This document shows, piece by piece, positions 8,616-18,670 of a DNA stretch of 64,000 nt (position 1 is its first letter; the number at the start of each line of letters is the position of its first letter). The stretch lies in the IMG/VR virus record IMGVR_UViG_3300018018_000001, positions 64,001 through 128,000 of that record, one strand, 5' to 3'. This DNA is from a virus. The notes beneath the pieces were generated by a model that worked only from the letters and a program-made list of their open reading frames with translations, was not told where the DNA came from and made no database searches. A program made the position numbers and the translations under genes.

Positions 8616-10388
8616 ATGGCGGTTGACAGAGCTACATTACCAAAATCTCCTGATAGAATTTCAGACTTGATTTCTAAAATTGGAACAGGGATAGCTCAAG
8701 CTGCATTGGGTGCTGCTGGAATGACTCCCCCTAAGGGTTCTCATACCTTTGGCTTAGAGGGATTAGCTAACCTTGTTAAAACCCATATGGCTGAAAGTAA
8801 AGAAACCCAAGATAAAGCGGAAAAGCTTAATGTCTCTCCTGAAGAATATAGCTCAAGGAAAGAGCTTAAGGAATTACAAGAGCAAATCAAAGAAGTACAG
8901 GAACTTCAGAAAAAAATAGGAATTGGAATTGATTTTGGTAAAGAGTTTCCTAAACTCTTTGAGGATTCAAGCAAGAATATAAAAGATGGTTTTGGTGAAG
9001 TAGCTGATGCAATATCTGACCAGCCCAAGAAACAGATAGAGGAATTAAAAAAGGCAGGATTTGGAAAGAAAGAAGAGGGGGGAATTGGTGAGGCTCTTTT
9101 TGGTGGTGGGGGGTTAGCTAAATATAGACAATCGGCTGTTCAGTTAGCTCTTGCTGGATCAGGTTTAGGTGGTATTGAGGAAGTATTTGGGATTAGTGGA
9201 AGAATTGAAAAAGTAATTGAACAGACCAAAGAACGGAGAGAAAAATCCAAAGAAGAAGAGGAAACTGCTAAAAAGTTAGGGGTTAGTCCAGAAGAGTATC
9301 GGCAAGCTAAAGAGACTTATGACATTAAAAAAGAGCGGAGAGAGCTTCATGAGGAAGCAGTATCCTTGGGATTAAGGGGTTTTTCTGATGTTGCTGCTGA
9401 AATAGAATCTGAAAAGACACAAAAAGCTGCCGCAAAAGTATCTACCAAACCGGGGGCTGCTCTTACTGAAGATACCCTAAAAGATTTTGTTGAGGGTGTT
9501 AGAGAGGGAGTTACTGATGGTTTAAAAGAGGCAGGAATTGTTCCAGGTGGTCCTGGTGGACAGGGAGAAAGTCTTGCCGAAATAGCGGATAATACCCAGA
9601 AAACCCATGAGGAAATTGCCGATCTCCATGATACCATGAAAACTAGAGATCAAAGTTTAGTTCAGCCTATTGTGGATAAATTGGATGAGCAACAATCCTC
9701 TTTAGAGGAAATTTCTGGGAATACTGAGGGTATTAAACAGACTGCGGAAGAGGATAAAGAAGAAAAGAAAAAAGAGGGTGTTGGGGGAAAGGGTCTTATA
9801 GGATCTATTATAAGTGGTGCTGTTAGTGCTATTGGCAGTGCTGTTACCAGTCCTGCAGGAATATTAACAATAGCAGGAATATTAGCTGGTATGGTTGGAT
9901 ATAAATTTGGAAAGAAAGCGGAATTAGCTAAAGAGGAAAGAGAAGATAAAGAGATAATAAGTGAAAAAGAGAAAAGAGATAAAGTAATCGCAGATGAATT
10001 AAGAAAAAGAGGAATGTCAGAAGAAGATATTAAAAAATCCCTAACACCGGGAATGCATCTTGATTTACGGGAAGGGGATATTCCAAAAACAAAAGAAGAC
10101 TTTGAAAAAAGAAAAAAAAGTGCAGGAAAAGGACTGCTTGGTAAATTATCTGACATAGTTGTTCCTGAAGTTAGTGCTGCAGAAATTCCTATTTCGGCAA
10201 CGGGAATTAGGACTGTTCCAGCAACCCCAATTCCTATTCCTTCAGGTGGAATTAAACCTGGATCTGAGGCTCAACCGCAGCAACCTGTGATTAATAATTT
10301 CAATATTCAAAGTCCTCCAGCACCGATAACTATTGAAAGAGAATCTTATGTTAGAGGTTTACAAAATCTATCTTGGCTTCCTTGGTAA
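8616..10388 (+). CDS. Tape measure / baseplate hub protein (gp29-like)
   Basis: 590 aa, helical and charged, Gly/Ala hydrophobic stretch, internal repeat A.KL.VSPEEY. Confidence 0.75.
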   Translation: MAVDRATLPKSPDRISDLISKIGTGIAQAALGAAGMTPPKGSHTFGLEGLANLVKTHMAESKETQDKAEKLNVSPEEYSSRKELKELQEQIKEVQELQKKIGIGIDFGKEFPKLFEDSSKNIKDGFGEVADAISDQPKKQIEELKKAGFGKKEEGGIGEALFGGGGLAKYRQSAVQLALAGSGLGGIEEVFGISGRIEKVIEQTKERREKSKEEEETAKKLGVSPEEYRQAKETYDIKKERRELHEEAVSLGLRGFSDVAAEIESEKTQKAAAKVSTKPGAALTEDTLKDFVEGVREGVTDGLKEAGIVPGGPGGQGESLAEIADNTQKTHEEIADLHDTMKTRDQSLVQPIVDKLDEQQSSLEEISGNTEGIKQTAEEDKEEKKKEGVGGKGLIGSIISGAVSAIGSAVTSPAGILTIAGILAGMVGYKFGKKAELAKEEREDKEIISEKEKRDKVIADELRKRGMSEEDIKKSLTPGMHLDLREGDIPKTKEDFEKRKKSAGKGLLGKLSDIVVPEVSAAEIPISATGIRTVPATPIPIPSGGIKPGSEAQPQQPVINNFNIQSPPAPITIERESYVRGLQNLSWLPW

Positions 10389-10396
10389 GGTGAGAT

Positions 10397-11224
10397 ATGC
10401 CTGATAATCATTTATTTGATCAAATGATGTCTGACCCTAATGCTCAGGTGACTCTTATTATATATTCTAGTAAGGTTGTCCCTCCCCCAAATAATATCTT
10501 GACAGGGTTTTTGCAACAGGATTTTTCTTTTAATAGTCAGGCTAGTTGGAATTCCCCTTTTGAGACTTTTGGTGGAATATTCAAACTTCTTAATAGTGTT
10601 AGGAACTTGGCATCAACTCTTATTGCCTCTACAGGATTTAAAGATCTTGCACAGAAGATTCCTATTCCTATGTCTTTTGCTCAAACTATAAAAGATTACA
10701 TGGGATCTACCCCCCCTGAATTTGATTTGACTATGACTTTTGTGGCGACTAAAGATGCTGATCAAAAAAAGCCTGTGAGTAATATATCTACTTTATTGGC
10801 ATGTACCTCTCCCGTTTCCAGTTCTAGTACCCCGGGTTCAGTTTTGGATTTTATGAAACCTCCTTTGGGTTATGTACATGCTCTTACAAATCCTGAGGAT
10901 GGAGTTGTTAACTTAAAAATAGGACAATGGCTGCAAATACCCAAACTCTTGATTTCTTCAGTTCGTCCTACTTATTCCAAACAGGTTGGAAAATTGGGAT
11001 TTCCTATTTATACTACTGCCCAAATTCATTTTGAATATTTTAGGACACCTAGTTATGAGGAAATTCAATCTTGGTTTACAGGGAAATTTATTTCTCTTGA
11101 TACTACACCAACAGGGGATACTGGGGAAGTGAAGGATAAAACTCCATCTCCCCCAAACAATATACCTGTTGCTCCAATACCGCCACCTAGTTCTATTTTC
11201 CCTAAGTTAGGGAATGGTGCATAG
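10397..11224 (+). CDS. Baseplate tube-cap-like protein
   Basis: Position after the tape measure; tube-like fold pattern. Confidence 0.5.
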   Translation: MPDNHLFDQMMSDPNAQVTLIIYSSKVVPPPNNILTGFLQQDFSFNSQASWNSPFETFGGIFKLLNSVRNLASTLIASTGFKDLAQKIPIPMSFAQTIKDYMGSTPPEFDLTMTFVATKDADQKKPVSNISTLLACTSPVSSSSTPGSVLDFMKPPLGYVHALTNPEDGVVNLKIGQWLQIPKLLISSVRPTYSKQVGKLGFPIYTTAQIHFEYFRTPSYEEIQSWFTGKFISLDTTPTGDTGEVKDKTPSPPNNIPVAPIPPPSSIFPKLGNGA

Positions 11225-11232
11225 GAAATTTA

Positions 11233-12162
11233 ATGTTTTATATAGATCCAAGTAAAAATCTTCCAAAGAGATATGACATTGCTAAATTCTTAGAATATTT
11301 GACACCCCCTCCTGTTTCTGAGGGTCCTGTATTCGATGTTTTAGCAAGTTATTTCTGGAATAAGGTTCCTGATCTACTCTTAGGTGGAAACTACCTTGTA
11401 GTGGGAGAGGCCAATCGCCCGGATTTGATTTCTTACAGGATTTATGGGGATACACAATACTATTGGATTATTATGCTTTATAATGGAATTTCGTTTAATG
11501 AAGATGTTGTAATGGGATTGACATTAAATTATCCCTCTCTGAAAGACTTAGAGGATCTTTATTTTAAACTTAATTCCTTACAGACCAATGCTAATGCAGC
11601 GGCTATTTTGGCTGCTGAAGCCCCAACACCTGCTGTAACTTTAGATTCTATAGTAATATCCCCCTCTGCTCCCAGTCTTGCAATTGGGGCTACTCTAGCA
11701 TTTACTGCTACTGGAACATATTCAGATGGGACAATTAGGGATGTGACTTCACAAGTTATTTGGGCTACAACTTTAGCGGCTATAGCAACCATTAATTCTA
11801 ATGGGGTAGTAACAGCTATCTCAGTAGGAACAGTGACTATTTCCTGTTCCCTAAATATGATTGAGGCAGGAATACCTCTTATAGTTACAACTGTTGCTGT
11901 TACACCTCAATTAATATTTCTTGCTCCTGCAGGACAGAGTATACCACATGGAAGTGTTATACAATTTTCGGCTACTATGGTTTTCTCCGATGGTACTGCT
12001 GCGGATATAACCTCAGCACCAGGAGTAGTTTGGGCTTCATCAAATGCAACAGCGGCTACAGTTAATAGTAATGGTTTGGTTTCAACTCATAATCCTGGTT
12101 CCACAATAATTTCCTGTACTCTGGGGTCTCTTGTAGGGGCTATGCCATTGATTGTTACTTAA
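11233..12162 (+). CDS. Baseplate wedge gp53-like (LysM-like) protein fused to two Big_2 Ig domains
   Basis: RPDLISYRIYGDTQYYWIIMLYN; two ..TGTYSDGT..DVT...W.S.N...AT.NSNG.V repeats. Confidence 0.8.
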   Translation: MFYIDPSKNLPKRYDIAKFLEYLTPPPVSEGPVFDVLASYFWNKVPDLLLGGNYLVVGEANRPDLISYRIYGDTQYYWIIMLYNGISFNEDVVMGLTLNYPSLKDLEDLYFKLNSLQTNANAAAILAAEAPTPAVTLDSIVISPSAPSLAIGATLAFTATGTYSDGTIRDVTSQVIWATTLAAIATINSNGVVTAISVGTVTISCSLNMIEAGIPLIVTTVAVTPQLIFLAPAGQSIPHGSVIQFSATMVFSDGTAADITSAPGVVWASSNATAATVNSNGLVSTHNPGSTIISCTLGSLVGAMPLIVT

Positions 12163-12171
12163 GAGATTGAA

Positions 12172-13311
12172 ATGATTAATCTTTCTGGACAATATTCTTT
12201 GGTCTTTTCTGTGGCGGGATTTGATGATTTTCTCACAGAATTAGACCTCCAATACCTAAAAGTTGTAGAGGAAGCGGGGAATATTTTGCCTACTTTCGAG
12301 ATTGTTTTTACTCTTTTGGACAAGAATATTCTTAAGTATCTTAATGAAGGAAATCCCTTCTACATTTCTTTTGGTGAGGATGGATCAAATCTTACTACAT
12401 CCTCTTTTAGGATTATGGGTAAAAATCTTAATAAGCTTGGGCAGGGAAAATATATTGTTAGACTCATGGGTGTCTATAATGCATTTCCTTACTACACTGA
12501 TTGTAAAATACAAATTACTGATAAGGTTTCTGGAATAAAGGTTATCCAGGATGTTGCTTCGCAGCATTTTAGTACAGTGGATTCCAATATTGCAAACTCT
12601 CAGGATAATCAAGCCTGGATTCAACATAATACCCCTGATAGAGTTTTTGTGAATGAAGTTTGGATGCATAGTCATATTGCTAATTCCTTCCCGGCTATAG
12701 GGATAACCAGTCAAGGAATTTTTGTTCTCAGGGATGTAAGAAAATTATCTGTAGGGGATTATACATGGAAATTTGTTTCGGCATATGATGACATTACTGA
12801 TCCTAAGGAAATTCTCATTGATCCTGCCTATAGTATGGAATCAATGACTGGTCTTGTTAATGCTTGGGTGGGTTATGGTAAGGAAAAGAATTTGTGGGAT
12901 GTAGACAAGAGTGTTGCAAGTGTAGATAAACCCGCACTTACACCCATGTTAGCCTCATCTTCTGCTCTTGACCGTTTGACTATAGCTGGTAAGAGGGCTG
13001 CTGAATTTAATTTAATAAATGAGAATGTAGATTCCCATTATTGGACAGCATATCAGAATAATTTGGCTTATTTGACTGTTTTTGGTTGTACTGGAATGTT
13101 AATCTCTTTTACCAAGAGATTTGCCAATGTGAAAGTTCTGGATTTGGTAAATTTAAGAGACCCAGACATTGACCTTGCTCAATCAGGGGAACTTTATTCT
13201 GGTTCTTATTTGGTAAGCAAAGTAGTTAGAATAGTGGAAAATAAAATCCCTGTTACGATGGTTGAATTGAATCGTGAATCTCTTGCGGGATTGCAGGGAG
13301 ATATTAAATAA
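12172..13311 (+). CDS. Baseplate hub protein (gp27/GpD-like)
   Basis: 379 aa upstream of the spike; C-terminal LYSGSYLVSKVV motif. Confidence 0.7.
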   Translation: MINLSGQYSLVFSVAGFDDFLTELDLQYLKVVEEAGNILPTFEIVFTLLDKNILKYLNEGNPFYISFGEDGSNLTTSSFRIMGKNLNKLGQGKYIVRLMGVYNAFPYYTDCKIQITDKVSGIKVIQDVASQHFSTVDSNIANSQDNQAWIQHNTPDRVFVNEVWMHSHIANSFPAIGITSQGIFVLRDVRKLSVGDYTWKFVSAYDDITDPKEILIDPAYSMESMTGLVNAWVGYGKEKNLWDVDKSVASVDKPALTPMLASSSALDRLTIAGKRAAEFNLINENVDSHYWTAYQNNLAYLTVFGCTGMLISFTKRFANVKVLDLVNLRDPDIDLAQSGELYSGSYLVSKVVRIVENKIPVTMVELNRESLAGLQGDIK

Positions 13312-14423
13312 TGCTGCTTAGCTTGGCGGATTGGTTCTCAAGGAATGATGATTTAAGTAGACCTCACAGGGGGGTTGTTATTGAAAATAATGACCCTAAG
13401 AAGCGGAGGAGAGTCAAGGTTAGGATTACTGGATTCCTTGAGGGAATTAATCTTCCTTGGATATATCCTAAGAATCCCTCTTTCCTTGGTGGAGGTCAGG
13501 GTTCAATTGATTTTGCTATCCCTGAAATTGGATCTGAAGTAATAGTAGAATTTCCTTTTAAGGATATATATTTTGGATTCTATACAGGGCATTGGGGAAC
13601 TAAAGATGAGCCTAAAGAATTCACTGCTTGGTCAATGGATTTATTCCCCTTTGTTGAGTTTGATGAAAATTATCCTGATTCTTATGGGTTTAGGGATTCC
13701 GTTGGTAACTATTTCAGAGTTAACAAAATTAAGAATACCATGGAAATCTATCATAAATCCACTACCAGTAATGAGACTCGAATCACTATTAGAGATGGTG
13801 GACAGGTTGACATTTTTACTCTTGGGAACTTTAGTATAACCAATTCAGGAGATATAGACCTAAATACTACAGGGACTATTAATGTAATGGTTCCACTTGG
13901 TGGTGCTAAAATTAGTTTTAATGGTTTGGCTAATGTTCCCTTAGTGGTGGCAACGGTTAGTTCACTTGGAAGTCTTTCTGTGGCTGTTCCTATAGGTGGA
14001 GTGAGTATAGAAGTTACTGAGGCTTTAGATATTGCTTCTAGTTCAATAAATATAGCTACCTTAGCTAATGCAAATATCTTAGTAGGAGGAGAAGCTAGTA
14101 TTAATGCTGCAGGAAAGGTTACTATTGTGTCTGGTGGGGATACAGATATTACCACAGGAGGAGTAGCTAATATCACTGCGGGAGGAACAGCTAATATAAC
14201 TGCTGGTGGAGATGTAAATGTCCAAACATCAGGTATTCTTAATGCCACCGCTGTAAGTATTGTGGTTCAATCTGCTACTGCTGTGTTAGTTGAATCCTTA
14301 GTATCAATAGCAGTACAAGCACCACAAGTATTATTAGGGCCAGTAATATCACCAAGTGGTTATCAACCTTTAGTAACTGAAGGTGGACATTTTAGTTTTG
14401 GTGTTCTTTGTGCATCATCATAG
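13311..14423 (+). CDS. Central baseplate spike (gp5/GpV-like): OB fold plus beta-helix
   Basis: RGVVIENNDPKKRRRVKVRI, IPEIGSEVIVEF, repeated .NITAGG. strands; no lysozyme domain seen. Confidence 0.85.
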   Translation: MLLSLADWFSRNDDLSRPHRGVVIENNDPKKRRRVKVRITGFLEGINLPWIYPKNPSFLGGGQGSIDFAIPEIGSEVIVEFPFKDIYFGFYTGHWGTKDEPKEFTAWSMDLFPFVEFDENYPDSYGFRDSVGNYFRVNKIKNTMEIYHKSTTSNETRITIRDGGQVDIFTLGNFSITNSGDIDLNTTGTINVMVPLGGAKISFNGLANVPLVVATVSSLGSLSVAVPIGGVSIEVTEALDIASSSINIATLANANILVGGEASINAAGKVTIVSGGDTDITTGGVANITAGGTANITAGGDVNVQTSGILNATAVSIVVQSATAVLVESLVSIAVQAPQVLLGPVISPSGYQPLVTEGGHFSFGVLCASS

Positions 14424-14431
14424 GAGTTTTT

Positions 14432-14617
14432 ATGGAAGAATCAAAGTCAAAAAAGCTTATAAAACTTATGAAAAATGAACAGGGTGGTCCAGGACCGGGG
14501 CCAGGTCCAGGTGCAGGAAAAGGAATAGGGCCACAAGGAAGTGTGGCCACACTTGGACGTATACCACAGGGTTTTTTGACAAAGAGGAGGAAGAAAAGAT
14601 TAGCAAAGGGGGAATGA
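14432..14617 (+). CDS. Small basic Gly/Pro-rich protein
   Basis: GGAG SD; GGPGPGPGPGAGKG. Confidence 0.55.
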   Translation: MEESKSKKLIKLMKNEQGGPGPGPGPGAGKGIGPQGSVATLGRIPQGFLTKRRKKRLAKGE

Positions 14618-14618
14618 T

Positions 14619-15068
14619 ATGGATTGGAAAAATAAAGAAGAAGTTAAACAGTATCAAAAACAATATCAACATAACTATAATGAAAGAAATAAAAAACAAA
14701 TAGCGGAGCGTCATAAAAAATGGCATAAAATTAATTCTGAAAATTATAAGGAAAAGTATAAAAAAGTCATAAAAATTAATCATAAAAAATTATTTGATAT
14801 CTGTTTATCCCATTATGGACAGAAATGTTCTAAATGTAGTAGAATTGAAGAACTTTGTATAGACCATATAAATGGTCAAAATAATGGTAAATATTTAAAA
14901 GGAACTAATCTTTGGAGATGGCTAATTAAAAATAATTTTCCTTCAGAGTTTAGAACTTTGTGTAGAATTTGTAATATTATAGATGGTTATCTGCGAAAAG
15001 CTCAATATAGTAATAATTTAAAAGGAATTGATGATTTATTTAATTTATTAGCAAAAGGGGGAAAATAA
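14619..15068 (+). CDS. HNH-type homing endonuclease
   Basis: HYGQKCSKC...CIDHING...WLIKNNFP...RTLCRICN. Confidence 0.8.
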   Translation: MDWKNKEEVKQYQKQYQHNYNERNKKQIAERHKKWHKINSENYKEKYKKVIKINHKKLFDICLSHYGQKCSKCSRIEELCIDHINGQNNGKYLKGTNLWRWLIKNNFPSEFRTLCRICNIIDGYLRKAQYSNNLKGIDDLFNLLAKGGK

Positions 15069-15069
15069 T

Positions 15070-15489
15070 ATGAGTTTATTACCCATAGATCAATGGGAAA
15101 GTATGACATTAAAGGCTTTGCTTGCTCCTTTAGCTGCTATTTTAGTTTCTGAGTTGGCCAAGCTTAATCTTGATGCTTCTCAACTTACTCAGCTTTTACA
15201 AGCCATTCAAACCAAAATAACTGCCACTGTAGGCTTGGTTGCCGCTACTGCTTCATTTATTACAGCTATGGAAGCCTCAGGGTTTTATATCATAGTTTTA
15301 GATCCTCAACCTGGTGGTTGGTCAAGCAGATTACAATCATATGGTGGAGCACCTCCTAATACAGGATATTCAGCAGGAATGGCTGTGATAGCTCAGGCTG
15401 CAAGTATTAGTCCTGTTCTTAATTCATATACGGCTTTATTGAAGGTTTTGACAAGTCCATTACCAATACCCGGAGTACCCGCTCTATAA
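15070..15489 (+). CDS. Hypothetical virion protein
   Basis: Ala/Leu-rich ORF between the spike and gp25. Confidence 0.55.
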   Translation: MSLLPIDQWESMTLKALLAPLAAILVSELAKLNLDASQLTQLLQAIQTKITATVGLVAATASFITAMEASGFYIIVLDPQPGGWSSRLQSYGGAPPNTGYSAGMAVIAQAASISPVLNSYTALLKVLTSPLPIPGVPAL

Positions 15490-15497
15490 GAGGATTT

Positions 15498-15872
15498 ATG
15501 CCAGTAAAAGCCTTATATTCTGATCTTGATGAATCAAACATTTCGGCAACCTTGTTGTATGACATTGCCGATATTTATCAAGCCTTGGATAATCTCCTGA
15601 ATACAATTCCAGGAGAAAGATTATTCCTTCCAGAGTATGGGACTGATTTAGAACAGTATTTATTTGATCCTTTAAATGATGCTACTGCTTTTGCCATTTT
15701 GGGGGAGGTAGTAAATGCTATAACTCGATGGGAACCAAGAGTGAGGGTAAATTTTGGACAAAGCACTGTAACCCCTAATTATAATCAAAAAAGATATGAT
15801 CTTATTGTTTATTTTGATCTTGTGGGAATAGTTAATCAGCAATTCAATTATCAGGCGGGGGTGAGCAAGTGA
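15498..15872 (+). CDS. Baseplate wedge protein gp25-like
   Basis: NLLNTIPGERLFLPEYGTDLEQYLFDP...ITRWEPRV. Confidence 0.95.
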   Translation: MPVKALYSDLDESNISATLLYDIADIYQALDNLLNTIPGERLFLPEYGTDLEQYLFDPLNDATAFAILGEVVNAITRWEPRVRVNFGQSTVTPNYNQKRYDLIVYFDLVGIVNQQFNYQAGVSK

Positions 15873-16453
15873 TTTGTAAAAAATGTAATATAGATAAATT
15901 ATCAACAAATTTTTCTAAAAGTGGGAAATATTTTAATATTTGGTGTAAAGAATGTATGGTAATTTATAGTAAAGAACATTATAGAAAAAATAAGGAAAAA
16001 ATTATAGCTTATCAGAAAAGCTACCAGGATGATAATAAAGAAAAATTGTGCAAATATAGAAAACAATATCGTAAAGATAATAAAGATAAATTACGTGAAG
16101 ATTGGAGACAATATAGAAAAAATCGTTGCCAAGTAGATACATCATTTAAGATATTAAAAAATTTACGTATTAGTTTACACCACTCATTAAAGAACAATCA
16201 GAAATCGGGGCATACATTAGAATTACTTGGTTGTTCTATTAATAATTTAAAGGCACATTTAGAAAGAAAATTTCTTCCAGGAATGAATTGGAAAAATTGG
16301 GGTAAAGGAAAGGATAAATGGAATATTGATCATATAAGACCCTGTTCTTCTTTTAATTTATCTCTCCCTGAAGAACAAGCAAAATGTTTTAATTACATAA
16401 ATTTACAACCATTGTGGGAAGAAGATAACCATAAGAAAAGTAATAAATATTAG
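15869..16453 (+). CDS. HNH endonuclease
   Basis: ELLGCS...GMNWKNWG...WNIDHIRPC...NLQPLW..DN.KK. Confidence 0.9.
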   Translation: MICKKCNIDKLSTNFSKSGKYFNIWCKECMVIYSKEHYRKNKEKIIAYQKSYQDDNKEKLCKYRKQYRKDNKDKLREDWRQYRKNRCQVDTSFKILKNLRISLHHSLKNNQKSGHTLELLGCSINNLKAHLERKFLPGMNWKNWGKGKDKWNIDHIRPCSSFNLSLPEEQAKCFNYINLQPLWEEDNHKKSNKY

Positions 16454-16461
16454 GAGTGACT

Positions 16462-18207
16462 ATGGGAAATATTATCCAACAAAGTTCTGTTTCACCAGAA
16501 GCCATAAAAGCCGATCTGGATGCTTTTATAAAATCAAAACCACCAGAATTAAGGTGGTTGGATTTTTTTGAAAGTGGTCCAGGGACTATAGTAGAAGAGT
16601 TAATAGCGGGTTTAGGATCTTTTAAATCCTACCAGGATTTAGCTGATAGAATTGAATCAACCCTTGATTTTGCTCGTTTGCTGAGTTCTGTTTATGAATT
16701 AGCATTTAACCGTGGATATTTGGTTCCCCCTGCTGAAGCCGCTCAAATAACTCTTTACATTATTCCTAATGTTACTATTTCTGTAACAGAAGCGGAATTG
16801 GTAGGGACAATAGGAAATTATAATCTTTATTCCCTAGAAAGTAAGACCATGCCCGTAGGGGTTCCTGTGTCTTTACAGACTGTGGTTGGGTACATAGATG
16901 CCCCTGAAGATTGGATTGTATCAGTTACCAGTACGCAACCATTCTCTACAATTGTAGTGGACTTAACTGCAAAGAATGTAGCTAGACAACTTGAAAGACT
17001 TATGAGTGGGTCTAGTGTAATAACTCTGGTTGATGATATTATATCTCCTGGAGGAAGCCAAAGAGTTATCCCCTTGGATACTATAATTGGTCTTACTGAT
17101 CCTCAGATATTGACCATGATTCATAGTCTTATTGCTGCAGGTTCACCTAATCCTGATATTTATGTTCTTAGGAGAGCTAGACCAAATCAGGTTAGGATTT
17201 ATTTGGGTAATGGTACTCTTGGGTTTTATGACCCCAGTGTTACCGAATTGGAATACAGAAGATTAACTTTTGATGACAACGTGAACAATATTTTGGGGGA
17301 TACCCCTGCTTTATCCATTGATGCTAATATAGCTTCTGTAAATGTGGATAATAGTGCCGCTCCTCTCCCCACTACTGAGAGCGTCCGGGGAACATCAAGA
17401 TACTTTCCTGTGGATGGAAGGGTGGTCCAGGATGGTGATTATGGTAGAGTTATTATGAAATACTATTCAGCATTTCTCTATGATGCCTTTGCCAAATACT
17501 TGGATTGGGATATAGATATGCCTGATTTGAAAGCACTCTTTTCAGACATTAATACATCTACTAATATAGTTACTATTGTTGCTCATGGGTTAGTTGAAAA
17601 TCAACCAGTTAGGTATCAGGCTACTGCTAATCCTGTTGGGGGTTTAACTGTAAATACAATCTATTATGTGGTAAATGTTACTACTGATACTTTCCAGGTT
17701 TCTTCTACCCCAGCCGGTTCAGCTATTCATTTTACTTCTCAAGGAACAGGCTATGCTGTTTTTGCTAATCCTGAGGTTGAAATAGTTAAACTCTTGGTTA
17801 ATCCTTCTTTTACTCCAAGTATTTTATCTCAAATCCAGAGTTTGATAAATAGCAGAATGGCTCAGGGAATTAGGGTAGAATATGATCAAATTCCAACTAC
17901 TGTTGGAAAAACTCTTTCCGCTACTTTTGTTACTCTTCCTGGACAATTGACAGATCCACTTAGGAGTCAAGCGGAAATTTTCTTATCTTCTCTGACAAAC
18001 AAGTTTGCTATAAACTATACTATTGTATCTACAGGGATACAGGCTGTTCCTACCCCGCCCCCTGTTTATACGTTAGTGAGTTTGTGTGTCGAACTTTCTG
18101 CTCAATTAGGAATAGCGGTTCTCCCAGGTGATTCCAATTTTGTAACCTTAGCCCCTGGAGAGTTTATACAAGATCCAATAATCGTGACTTGGACAGTTCA
18201 ATCATAA
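16462..18207 (+). CDS. Baseplate wedge gp6/J-like protein with an inserted HGL-type beta domain
   Basis: SVYELAFNRGY, VRIYLGNG, RVVQDGDY; insert AHGLVENQPVRY...TIYYVVN..TDTFQVS. Confidence 0.8.
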   Translation: MGNIIQQSSVSPEAIKADLDAFIKSKPPELRWLDFFESGPGTIVEELIAGLGSFKSYQDLADRIESTLDFARLLSSVYELAFNRGYLVPPAEAAQITLYIIPNVTISVTEAELVGTIGNYNLYSLESKTMPVGVPVSLQTVVGYIDAPEDWIVSVTSTQPFSTIVVDLTAKNVARQLERLMSGSSVITLVDDIISPGGSQRVIPLDTIIGLTDPQILTMIHSLIAAGSPNPDIYVLRRARPNQVRIYLGNGTLGFYDPSVTELEYRRLTFDDNVNNILGDTPALSIDANIASVNVDNSAAPLPTTESVRGTSRYFPVDGRVVQDGDYGRVIMKYYSAFLYDAFAKYLDWDIDMPDLKALFSDINTSTNIVTIVAHGLVENQPVRYQATANPVGGLTVNTIYYVVNVTTDTFQVSSTPAGSAIHFTSQGTGYAVFANPEVEIVKLLVNPSFTPSILSQIQSLINSRMAQGIRVEYDQIPTTVGKTLSATFVTLPGQLTDPLRSQAEIFLSSLTNKFAINYTIVSTGIQAVPTPPPVYTLVSLCVELSAQLGIAVLPGDSNFVTLAPGEFIQDPIIVTWTVQS

Positions 18208-18222
18208 AATTAGGAGGTAGTT

Positions 18223-18651
18223 ATGTCTAATCAGTTGTATGGAAAAGCAAGAGAAAAATTCCTTGGAACCAATGGTGTTAATAGTATTGACTGGCTTGCG
18301 GATGAAATCCGGGCTATGTTGGTTGATATAACCCAATATACTGTAAACATCAATGTGGACGAATTTTTAAGTGATGTTCCTGCACTTGCTCAAGTAACCC
18401 CTGTAGCTGGATGCCCTATTTTGGGGGTTAAGACTGCCACGTTAGGGGTAGCAAATGCTTCTGGGGCTACATTTGGGTCTGTTAGTGGGGCTAATTGTGG
18501 GGCTTTACTTCTCTTTAAAAATACAGGGAATCAAACCACTTCCCCCTTGATTGCCTATATTGACACGGCTACTGGATTGCCTGTAGCACCAAATGGTGGG
18601 CCTGTAGCAATACAATGGGATACAGGAACTAACAAAGTATTCAAATTATAA
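18223..18651 (+). CDS. Conserved small virion/tail protein
   Basis: MSNQLYGKAREKFL...SPLIAYIDTATGLP..PNGG...WDTG.NK.FKL, a family I recall from phage tail regions. Confidence 0.6.
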   Translation: MSNQLYGKAREKFLGTNGVNSIDWLADEIRAMLVDITQYTVNINVDEFLSDVPALAQVTPVAGCPILGVKTATLGVANASGATFGSVSGANCGALLLFKNTGNQTTSPLIAYIDTATGLPVAPNGGPVAIQWDTGTNKVFKL

Positions 18652-18670
18652 GATTGCTGAGGTATAATAT

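Noticed and set aside
5978-13839. Antisense and alternative-frame ORFs in the tail block (for example 5978-6601, 9347-9637, 9662-10156, 13751-14248)
   Set aside because: They lie fully over well-supported structural genes, lack SDs and have the composition expected of shadow frames.
15565-16520. GCCGAT hits inside gp25 and gp6-like genes as extra sigma-28 promoters
   Set aside because: Intragenic and without TAAA at the 15-16 bp spacing.
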